A stretch of DNA of 64,000 nucleotides, from contig CM082581.2 of the NCBI GenBank assembly GCA_040954595.2, positions 1 through 64,000 on the forward strand, written 5' to 3'. This document shows positions 53,958 through 64,000 of this stretch, in pieces (position 1 is the stretch's first letter; the number at the start of each line of letters is the position of its first letter). This DNA is from Balanoglossus misakiensis. Lineage: Eukaryota > Animalia > Hemichordata. Made by a program: the position numbers and the translations under genes. The notes under the pieces were generated by a model. It did no database searches and was not told where the DNA came from. It worked only from the letters and a program-made list of their open reading frames with translations.

Positions 53958-55539
53958 ATGTGGCAAACAGAAAGCCCGTTTTACCACTGCCAGCAGTGCA
54001 TTATTGAGTATTTTAGCATCGCTGGATTTAGCTCTCGTCCAATCAGAATTGCGGACGGTAGCATGATATAATATAATTGAGAATAAATCTCGCGACAAGT
54101 GTACTTTTTGACAATGTACACAGATAATCCGTTTCAACAATGTTTCCTTTGTAGTGTGAATAAAACTGCACACTTTGCAAGTTTTCAACTTCAAAACACT
54201 ATGGCTATTACAGAGACAAAGCTGCTAATATACAGTGTATACCTGTCATTTTTGTTTGTGGTGAGATTTTCATTGGCACAGTCGCACAGAGCTCACACAA
54301 GAGGAAATTACACTTTCTGTTGAATTCACTGCATCCTGCTAACTTTAAGTCATATATCCAGTGAAACATTAAGTTATAGAATTTTCCATCGCAGTATTCT
54401 GTTTTATATACATGTATAGCAGTCCCACACATATTGATTAATTTGACAAAGGAAACTGACTGACAATTTTCACAGCGCTCCCAGTATAGCATCCTTGGCA
54501 GGTGCACGTCAATGCCCCACACGAGGTTAGGGTTGGCAAGTGCTGCCATTTTGACACGGGTTGTTAGCACTGATCAATTCCTACGCATGACAGAAAAATG
54601 AAGAATTAGGCTATGGGCCGGACCTGCCTATCGTTTCAAAATGCACTCTGTATATTAAGGTTTATTTCTTTTACATAAAAACAAGTCTTCTTGCTCTAAT
54701 ATGATAAAAGAAAAAAAACTTCAACTTAAATATTGCGTCCTCAGAGGTAATATCGAGCCCTAAAAATCAGGTATGCTAATGCGGTTAAAGGTCGTGCAGT
54801 TCTCCTTATAACAAGCGATCTTATTGGTGGTTACGTGACTGCACCAATCACAGAATGCGTTATGTCACTCAGCAATTACACACGCAGGGCAAACTATCAG
54901 GCAGCTACATGTATACTAGTATACATGTTACAGAAGATTAAACAGAATTGTTGGTAAGGAAAGTTTGAGCAGACTAGTCCATTCAATGTAAAAAATGGTG
55001 CTGATTCCAAAAAAGTCAGTCTTATTGAACCCTTTCAAGACAAAATTGCCATTTTTGCCACTTTTAACCCAAAAGGTCATTTAAAAAACACTCAAAACAC
55101 AATGTTTTCATCACATTCGGAGATCTGATGACATTTGAGGATTATGCGGAAACAGTGACACACCAGAATAAAAATTACAGGTGACATTTGCAAGCAGATA
55201 TGATCTGACCATATAGAAATATGCAATGTAAAAACATTAACAAGGAACATGCCCAATAAACTGTCATGTGTCATGGCAATCTTACAAGTGGTGCTAGAAA
55301 AAAAAATGACCAAAAATTGTCTGTACAAACACATATGCGAAGCAACTTCTTTCAGTCAGCCCTGGAACAGACACACACTGACCTGCCACTGGTAATTAAA
55401 ATTTGATAGCTGGTGGTTCTGTAACAGCTGGCCTATTTAAGTTATGTAAACATGTCTTTGTTCGAGGTAACAACTCCTTGTAAATAGTAACTTTAAAAAC
55501 AACTGGACAATTTGTTTAGGAGAAGATTTGCTAACCAAA

Positions 55540-56507
55540 AACTAAGAAACTTACCAAAAAAACTCGCTAAATATTTAATCTTTCTGATCTCAGAATTGAA
55601 TAAAAGTTGCACATATACAGGTATGTGTTATGAAATTATATCCTAAATTTCAAAGCAATCAGAGAAAAAACTAATTTCAAAGCAATCCAACAAGCAGTTT
55701 CACAGAAAATATTTGTTCAAAAGTGGCAAAAACACAAATATGCAAATATCACCAAAATTGTACAATATCTTACTTCAATCACTACAAGGAACATGCTGCC
55801 TAAGTTCAATGCAATAGGACAAGCGGTTACAGAGAAAACAATTTTTGACAAAAATTGCAAAAGTTTCCCCGATAACACACTTATGCAAATATCTTTTTTT
55901 TTTACAACATATTATTTAGGTTACCCCTACGAACATGCCTACCAAATTGGAAAGCAATCTGGCATGAGGTTTTAAAGAAAAACATTTTTTGACCAAAAAT
56001 GGCAAATATTGCTCAAAATTATAGATATGCAAATTTTGCAACAATTTGAACAAAACTATGGTTACTTAGACAACATTAGGAGGCTTCATACTAAATTTCA
56101 AAGACTTTTTACCAATAACATGGAAAAATACAAAAAAATGCAAAAAAATAGGAAATCGATAATATTAGCTCAAAACATACAGGATTGTATGAGGTTGATA
56201 TAAAGTACATGCATACCAATTTTCAAATCAATATGACCAGTGGTTGTCCAGTTTTTGAGTTTTGACCAATTTCACATTTTCCCAGCTAATTTGCATATTT
56301 TTGGCAATGACATCTTCATTTGAACAAACTCCCATCTACAGCCCTGCCTGCATCTACACGCCAAATATCGAGGTCATACGCGCTGCGGTTTTGAAGTTTT
56401 CGATGTGGACGGACATACAGACATACATCCATCCATCCATCCATCCATACATACAGACGTAACCAATCCCATAAGGTCCCATGGTACATACCAATGGGAC
56501 CTAAAAA
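55540..56507. mobile_element. Probable Helentron-derived non-autonomous element (HINE/DINE-1-like)
   Basis: Degenerate internal repeats (aaatttcaaagcaatc, atgcaaat), then an ACAG/ATCC microsatellite at 56407-56459, a terminal stem-loop aggtcccat...atgggacct at 56474-56502 and an A run. The left end is uncertain. Confidence 0.55.
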
Positions 56508-56519
56508 CTTGTGACTTAC

Positions 56520-56642
56520 ATGTAACACATGTTTGCCCAGTGTAGCAGATTGGACAGTTGCAGGTGTAGATTGAGCAGGAGCCTTGAAGTGGCTGATACA
56601 CTCCGTTATTCAGACATGGGTTTAGAAGACACTGGTTGATCG
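56520..56642 (-). pseudogene. EGF-like exon INQCLLNPCLNNGVYQPLQGSCSIYTCNCPICYTGQTCVT
   Basis: 123-bp exon with tag/gtaagt flanks. The third Cys is replaced by Tyr. Confidence 0.8.
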
Positions 56643-57090
56643 CTAAGGGTGAAAGAAATGAAAAGTATCACATTAGGGTCTTACACACTTGAGTGGGAAG
56701 TGAAATCTGTAGCAGACTGTCAGAAGATTGCACATCCGTGTGATCATGTTCATGTGTGAAGGATAATGAAGACCACTTGATCCAAGCTTGGTGCTACCAT
56801 CTTTATCATAATTACAGCATCTTATAATATTTACTAGTTGGGGGTGGGGTGGGGTGGGGGTGGGGGTAGTTGATGTCATAACTTTCTGATGTTTCAATTT
56901 ACGGTTGGAAAAATAGCAACATCTACTCTGATGAGCATTTGAGTCAATGAAAGTATACATCATGGCTACGGTAGTGCATATAAGTCTCTTGGTTAGCTGC
57001 ACAATCACAGGCAACTTTATTGAGACAATATCAATGACAAAGCCCAGCGATTTCTACTTTGTGCGGCAAATCTGACACTGGTTTGCTTAC

Positions 57091-57207
57091 GTTCAGCGCA
57101 CGTGGTTCCGATGAAACAGCGCGAACTCTGGCATCTGAACTCGGTGCAGGACACTTGCTGGCAGAATCCACTGTTTAGACAAGGGTTGGGCTGACACGGA
57201 TTCAAAT
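57091..57207 (-). pseudogene. EGF-like exon LNPCQPNPCLNSGFCQQVSCTEFRCQSSRCFIGTTCAE
   Basis: 117-bp exon with cag/gtaagc flanks. Confidence 0.82.
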
Positions 57208-57591
57208 CTGTGCACAGAAGAGAAAGTGATATAAATTGTGTACAGTTAATATTTACTACATATACTTTAAACAGATTTGTGCAGTCAGGGTTGAGTGGTA
57301 AAAATCTCAGTTGGTCAACAGAACATCACTGTGACAAATTTCTTCCATGTTCAACAAAAGAAACGTAATGAAATTTTGACACAGGTGTAATAGTGTCTTA
57401 GTGTACCATACGGTGCAGGTTGTTGTTTGGTCAAATACACAATCCCCTTTTATGGCACACACATTCTTAATAAATTTCCCCAAAATTGTGTCGTTATTCT
57501 CTGTTTGATACAGGTTGGAAGAAACCAACTGCAAGCCGATTATGTGTTATGTTATTATGTTCCTCTTCATCTGAAATTTAAAATCACTCAC

Positions 57592-57714
57592 ATGTCTGAC
57601 ATAAATCGCCGGAGTAACAGCTTGTACAGGAGCATGTGAATTCAGTACACCAATTGGGCGTCAGCACACCGTTTCCACCATTCTGACACTGGATGGGTTG
57701 ACACTGGTTGACAG
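57592..57714 (-). pseudogene. EGF-like exon VNQCQPIQCQNGGNGVLTPNWCTEFTCSCTSCYSGDLCQT
   Basis: 123-bp exon with cag/gtgagt flanks. The third Cys is lost. Confidence 0.8.
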
Positions 57715-59223
57715 CTGTGGGATGTGCAGTCAAGATATTGTCAAAATTACAGAATCTACAAACTACACTCCACAGTCATGTACATGTATACATGACAACA
57801 ACCAAAGGGCTGTTTTGAAAAACCAAATGCTGTGAAATCCTTTAGAGTGTGACAAGAAACCACAGTTGCAACCGAAAACAAAAATAGTGATAACATTAAG
57901 CTAGCCCAAAGTTTGAGTTACCAGGGCTTTAATATGTGTACCGTACTTATATTATATAATACATAACAAGTGTTTTGCATTGAATAAAATAATATTGGTT
58001 AGTACTTACGCATTGTACATGTGGCACCAGTGAAGCATTCGGTACACATACAGTCAAACAGGAAACAGCCGTCTCACGCAACGCATGTGCCACCATTTTG
58101 ACAAGGCATAGGGTATAACTGATCAATGGCTGCCAAAACAAAAATGAAAGTATCAATTACCTGCTTGTCAAAAACTTGTACATGTACTTGTGATGTTCAT
58201 TTCGTTTAAATATGTGAGCAATGTCTTCATTCCTTGTTTCAAACCTTTACATTTAAAATATTAACATAATGATGCTATTGCTAGGATTTTTCTGTAAGAA
58301 TCTTGAAAAATGAAAAAAATGTGCCATCAACATGATACAGAAGGCTTTCCTTTTTAACATGCACCTCACACTCAATTTTGACCCTACATCAGCAAATTTT
58401 GAAAGGATGAAACTTAGTAATGCTTCCACCCCATTTATTGGTGTATGGGTCCATCTATCACATTGAGAATACCAAAAATGAGGGTTTATATACCACGCTG
58501 TGTCATAAAACAGTAATTCGACACACCTACGGCACAGATGGCCCCAGTCCAACACTACTGGCAGTAACAGGTGTAGTCAGTATAAGAATTTGGTGTTTTG
58601 GAACAATAGCCTCCATTTTGACACGGATTCTGATCACATGGGTTAATGACAATCAGAAAAAAAATAGTTTAAAACACATGAAATGCAGATGGCTACACCT
58701 CAACCAAAGATGATTCCTGCACCACAACAAAATCCTTTGACACAAGCATTATACTGGAACCATACCCAGAACACGCATTAAGTATATGATGAAGGGACAA
58801 TGTCTCTATTTTGGGTAATACAGTAAAACCTGTCTTTATGGACACCTCTCTAATCAGAACACCTAGTAAGATTGATTTTTCAAGCCAAATAGTAAGGATA
58901 ATTAAGGACGTCTCTTTTACTTAATACTCAGAGGTGTGCACCACCTTAGGAGAGATTACCTCACATGCACAATTATCTCTACAGACACTAGTCTTTAAGA
59001 GGCAACTCTTGTATATTTGAGTGATGAAAACATCCAGCTTTGTACACTTCCTCACAAGTTCGTGCCTATCCTAAATTGCACGGACATACAAATGAAATTT
59101 CTGTTTCCTTTTCCTTTCTTTTCTCTTGGGGAAATTTTAGAAATGAGAAGTTACCACACAATTCAATTGCCATGAAGAGAAAGTGCCCAAAAGATTGTCA
59201 TTTACGGTACGTCAGAAACTTAC

Positions 59224-59346
59224 ATATTTCACAACGGTTACCCTCATAGCAACCAGTACAGGCACAGGTATATGCCGTGCAGGAGTTGGCCACTGCATTA
59301 CATACAGCCCCGTTGAGACAGCTGTTTCGCTGGCATGGATCTTGGA
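59224..59346 (-). pseudogene. EGF-like exon QDPCQRNSCLNGAVCNAVANSCTAYTCACTGCYEGNRCEI
   Basis: 123-bp open exon, paralogue of 42212-42334. Confidence 0.85.
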
Positions 59347-59737
59347 CTGCAATAAAAAGTGCAACCTAATGTTATCTCAGCAATATTTACTTTCAAAATC
59401 TGTTTGATAAAAACATCATCTTTACCATTACTGTAAATACTGAACGGAACTTCACTTCCAAAAAGAACTTGCGCATTCTGGGACGCACTTGTGGGGCTAT
59501 GAAAATCTCTGTATATGTATCTTGTGTAGGGAAAATTTTCATTAGCGATCAACATTTTTTTCTTCAAATAAACATGTTTTCTTTCAGCTGTACATCATTT
59601 TTGAGGTGACCGATTCCCAAGGCCCAAGGTGTGATGCTGAAGATGAAAATATAAAGTATGACCAACAGACAATGTATTGAGACATGATTGTAAATGTTAG
59701 TTCCTGCATGACAAATGTTTGTTTTAATGAGTTTTAC

Positions 59738-59854
59738 ACTGGCTGCAGTGTGTGCCGATGAAACATCCTTGACAAGTACACTCATAAGTTGTACACGACA
59801 GCTGAGTACACCGCCCATTGTTCAGGCATGGACTTGGCCTACATGGAGTTTGTT
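59738..59854 (-). pseudogene. EGF-like exon QTPCRPSPCLNNGRCTQLSCTTYECTCQGCFIGTHCSQ
   Basis: 117-bp open exon with AG/GT flanks. Confidence 0.82.
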
Positions 59855-60165
59855 CTGTTTCAATGGCATTAAAAAAAATAGTAGTGACATAAGTTTTTAG
59901 GGTATGACCATTTCCCTAATTCCTACAGCTGTGGTTCTATCGGGTTCTCCTATAACTGAGCCTCCTAAATGTATAACTGAACAATAAGAATTACTTATTA
60001 TACTTTTGGGAGTTTAGGACTTTGGTAATTGAAAAAAGACTCAATTCCTGAAAGTGCCTATTTGGTTTGTCACATCCTAAATATACAGGTAATTTCATAG
60101 CTGCCAGCTATGACAAATATACCGGTATGATGGGGGATAAACAGATCCTCGTCTGATAAATTTAC

Positions 60166-60288
60166 CTTGGTCACAGGTGATTCCAATGAAACAGCCTTGA
60201 CAGCGACAGGTAAACGCACTGCACGATCTACTGATTGGCTCACAGATACCGTTGTTCATGCACAGATTGGGAGAACATTGACCGAGTC
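60166..60288 (-). pseudogene. EGF-like exon LGQCSPNLCMNNGICEPISRSCSAFTCRCQGCFIGITCDQ
   Basis: 123-bp open exon with AG/GT flanks. Confidence 0.85.
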
Positions 60289-61763
60289 CTGGAGATGCAT
60301 GTAAATCAACCAACAATTGCATATTAACATCACAAGTCATTTCACTATTTTTTAATTCAAAACTAAAAAGATTGCTTGTAACTTGCTGAAGAAATATTCA
60401 TATGGACAGACCATTCTAGCTTGGAACAGGCAAAGTCAAGGGTGCCCTGACGCCCAACTTTTAAGAGCAGTTCCTTTACTGAAACTGCCAGCACCCAATA
60501 TTATCACACATATGTGGAAATCAAATACACCTGTAACAGTTTTAATTTAACATGTGGGTATTTGCATAGCGCACACATGAAAATCCAGCCAGTTTGTTTA
60601 CAAATTGTTTTCGTGAAATCTGTTTTATTGTTAACGCACTGCGAAATAAAATGCCCCTAAACCACAATTTTTGTTTCAATGCTTCACGCAAACATAAAAT
60701 TATTACGAAAAGTGTCAGCGTTACCAAGAAATATGAGTGCCCAGTCGGACATGCAAAAAACATGGATGATTTGTTTACAATTTTTAAATGAAGCTTGTGG
60801 CACTAGAAATGACCGTTCAACCGACAGACGAACACCAAACCATAATAATTAGCACAGACATCGTAATACTTTTAGAATTTTAGAAAAAAACGCAGTGGCT
60901 GCTGAAATGCAGGAGTGCCAGTTTGGTGGCAAGTTTTCACATCACTGGTGGGGTCGACATGTGCCGAAGTAAGGAAGTCATTGTCCAACTGTCCTGGGTG
61001 TTAATTATATGCAAAAGAACATCATCATACAGATAATCCCCAAACCCTTTGATCTTTGCCGCAGTTGCTCGTCCTTCTTTCTCTAGGGTCTATGGTTTGA
61101 CAGATGTCACCTGTGTAAGAGTTCACACACTGGCATGAATAGAAATTGCACGATGTTTGCTGGCAAAATCCACCATTCATACATGGGTTGGGATCACAGG
61201 GGTTTTGCACTGGAAATTAAGAAAGGACGCCATTTTATTCTATGCTACTCATTCTACAGTACAGATATGGCAAAAACCTTGCAGAATTATGGCAAGGGTG
61301 TGTGGAGTGATTGTGCCTACAACTTATATTAGGCTGGTATCAAGTTGTTCACACCTCCATAGATCATGTGGCAGTGACTGTAAGGCAAGGGCTTCCCTTC
61401 ATGAAATCAAAGACCTGTGTACTGGAGGAGGGTTCCTTGCAAATGCTTGACTTGACCTTAGGCATACCTGTAGACTCATATGCAAATTTACACTATCTGG
61501 CCTGGAGTGTCAATTTCCATAGTGGATGTGTGTTGACAAAAGGCAGTAAAATTGGCCAGTCGCGCATAATGTTTCTTGAACTAAGACAATCAAGACATTA
61601 TGCGCTACGAAAGTGATTTTGATTGGGAAGAGTGTAATCTTGCATTCGATGTCAAGAACGCTCCAAGCTCTGCTGTGGTGATGGCTACACCTATGTTCAG
61701 GAAACATGCAGTATTTGAATGCATCAGAGACAAAAGGTAAAAGAGACTGCGCTGTATACTTAC

Positions 61764-61886
61764 ATATCTCACACCTATCACCTTTGTAGCAACCAGTACA
61801 TATGCAGGTGAGATCAAAGCAGGAATTTCGAGCCGGTTGACAGAAGCCACCATTCTGGCACGGATTTGGTGGACACTGGTTGAGTC
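61764..61886 (-). pseudogene. EGF-like exon LNQCPPNPCQNGGFCQPARNSCFDLTCICTGCYKGDRCEI
   Basis: 123-bp open exon with tag/gtaagt flanks. Confidence 0.85.
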
Positions 61887-62116
61887 CTACAAGGAAAAGG
61901 GTCAAATTTTCCATGATCATCAATGTCATGTGATTATGAATGTATGTAAGTGGCTGAAAAAAATTCCCAGGGGTGAGTTTCCTACAAAAATTGTGATGTG
62001 ACAAACCAAGAAATTAGCATATTAGCATAATCAGAATAAATAAAAAAAATGCACAGGTAGTTTAAAAGAACAAACACTTTGGAAACGGAATAGAGCTAAG
62101 CTGCTGTCCCTTTCTA

Positions 62117-62570
62117 ATTGTTACTCGTTCAATCACCTGTCACATCACTCCAATTTTGTATCAGTTGCACTGGCTACCTGTTACAGAGCGTATTGTTTTT
62201 AAGATGTTAGTTCTCATTTTTAAATCCATTCATAAACTTGGTCCAATCTATCTTTCTAGCATGACTAATCGATATGTTCCGTGTCGCAATTTAAGGTCAG
62301 CTGATCAGTACAAACTCTGCCCTGTTCGATCACGCACCAAGAGTTATGGTGATCGTGCTTTTACTGTTGCTGCTCCAATTCTTTGGAATAATCTTCCACT
62401 CACCATTCGCCAGGCACCAGACTTATCTGTTTTTAAATCAAATGTTAAAACTTTACTTTTTAAATCTGTTTTTTAGCCATTTGTTGTATTGTACTTTTGC
62501 TTTAAGCGTCATTGATCACATTTTTTGTGGATACTGACGCTATACAAATAAATTATTATTATTATTAATA
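62117..62570 (+). mobile_element. 5'-truncated L2-clade LINE with (ATT)n tail and 6-bp TSD
   Basis: ORF2 C-terminus HITPILYQLHWLPV...YGDRAFTVAAPILWNNLP...KTLLF with tail aaattattattattattaata. TSD tttcta at 62111-62116 and 62571-62576, and an empty site at 45619-45624. Confidence 0.93.
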
Positions 62571-64000
62571 TTTCTATTTTTGTGTTTGTACAACATCAGT
62601 GAAGTTTAAATCATAATAAAAAAAAATGATAATTATCATTATTAACTGCTATAGATTCAAACTTACTTGTCTCACACCTGGTTCCCTAGTAACACTCTGT
62701 GCACATGCCAATGGTGGCAGTACAAGAATTTGCCTGTTGTTGGCAGGTACCTCCATTGAGACAAGGACTAGTGAAGCATGGATTAGGAACTGGAAGACAG
62801 GAATTCAAAATTTTATACAACACTTACCTATGGTAACACCAGTACACGTTCATTATTTCTGTGTTATATTTTTATACTGGTGATTTTACTGTTTTTATTA
62901 CCGATCATACTGACTGACTTAAAGATGATGATGATGATGATGATGATAATGACTACACCTGCTATTATTACTACAATGTACCTCAGCACTTAGATTTTTT
63001 AATAAATGACAAAGTACTGTACTCACGTGTTTCACATGTGAAGCCCAGGTAGCAGCCAGCACATTGACATGTGACGCCTGTCCAAGATCCCTGGATTGCT
63101 TGGCAAGTACCAGCATTCCGGCATGGGTTAAGGTTTGTGTTCGCACGGATTCATTGCTGCAAATGTACACAATATTTACAAAATAAAACAGTATACAACT
63201 GTAAGTATTTATAATCATCAATTGTGAATATCACACCAATCAAGGCCTTTCAATGCACCCTGATTGCTGAGAGCTGAAATACGTGAACCAACGTGTATTT
63301 GTTTTCACTACTATATCACATGACATTCTGCATCTCTTTTCCAAAGTTGTAGTCTGCACCCAACATTGTATTCCGGGGTAGCACTACACGGAACCCCGAA
63401 ACTTTTTTGTCATCATCCGAGTACTCCTCCCAGCATGCAGTTGCCAAGAAGGCTGCACAGGGAGTTTTTAATTTTGCACTGGTATACAATTTTTTTATTC
63501 GTCAATTTCACAGACACGTGCATTGCACATCAAAATTTTGCGTCAAAAGTGAGGACAACTTAACTAGGTACCAATGCAATGTGGTTTTAGGCGGATTTGA
63601 ACTTTTCCTTTAATGTAACAGTTGTATTGACATGCGATTATCATACCGAACATGAATCAATCTCAAAATTGCTAAAAATAAAATAATTCAGAACATTTAG
63701 ATTCTACAATGGTGAAAAAATATGACAAACCTCCCAAAATTCTTATTTTTGAGGCCATTTTACAAAAATCTACGAGCCTGGCAAAAACTGACAGAGGTGC
63801 TAGATAAAGGGCACTTTTTCAAAACTCTAGATGGTTGACCCCAAGTATGCTTATTTGGTTAAATTTTAAAAGGAAATCACCCGCTGTTTTAGAGTTAATA
63901 TTGCGAAAGGGACTTCATAAGTTGTCTGAAAACACCAGTTTCCCCAATTTTCACTAATGTATAGGAATACTTGAGAAGTCGGCCAGATTAGAAGTCGGCC

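Larger units (their letters stand above)
54465..63156 (-). pseudogene. Multi-EGF-like repeat pseudogene, copy 2 (8-Cys variant)
   Basis: Exons 63027-63156 (frameshift), 62667-62789 (TAG), 61764-61886, ~61095-61209 (donor lost), 60166-60288, 59738-59854, 59224-59346, 58527-58649 (TAG, acceptor mutated), 58010-58129 (TGA), 57592-57714, 57091-57207, 56520-56642, ~54465-54580 (frameshifts). Confidence 0.88.
57724..64000 (+). repeat. Segmental duplication, copy 2 (paralogue of 40126-45900), continuing past the window end
   Basis: Collinear match to copy 1. The last 90 bp match 45811-45901. Confidence 0.95.

Noticed and set aside
53985-55500. Possible further TE fragments (ccaatcag-type motifs, ttaa-purine starts)
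   Set aside because: No paired termini or TSDs could be established by eye.
52240-62150. First L2 ends at NSAA and the second begins at IVTRS, as if one element were split
   Set aside because: The second fragment has its own TSD and an empty paralogous site, and it is T-rich while the first is A/C-rich. The complementarity is best treated as coincidence.
58010-62789. In-frame TAG/TGA shared by both EGF copies as possible readthrough or recoding
   Set aside because: They coexist with frameshifts, lost cysteines, TE insertions and broken splice sites. They are consistent with C-to-T changes predating the duplication.

Overview
This is a eukaryotic chromosome end from an AT-rich metazoan with TTAGGG telomeres. 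The TE and gene content suggests a marine invertebrate, possibly an ambulacrarian (inference only). From left to right: a (CCCTAA)n telomere (1-3885); a G-rich heptamer satellite built on RGGTCAA, in the opposite polarity to the telomere (3886-7445); one C-rich copy of a subtelomeric repeat X (7450-8180); an AT-rich ~1.45-kb repeat Y in six blocks of alternating orientation (8181-17755); a tandem G-rich X array (17756-21660); and a 17.5-kb C-rich block of the same heptamer satellite (22120-39660). The order sat-X-Y/Y-X-sat is a large, diverged inverted structure capped by a telomere. From 39.7 kb to the end lie minus-strand, exon-intron-structured pseudogenes: single-exon EGF-like repeats with an unusual 8-Cys pattern, present as a ~6-kb segmental duplication, and CxxCPxG Cys-rich exons. 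These are interrupted by MITEs, L2-clade LINE fragments, a Gypsy fragment and a captured piece of repeat X. No intact protein-coding gene, RNA gene or CRISPR array is supported. All alignments were made by eye.
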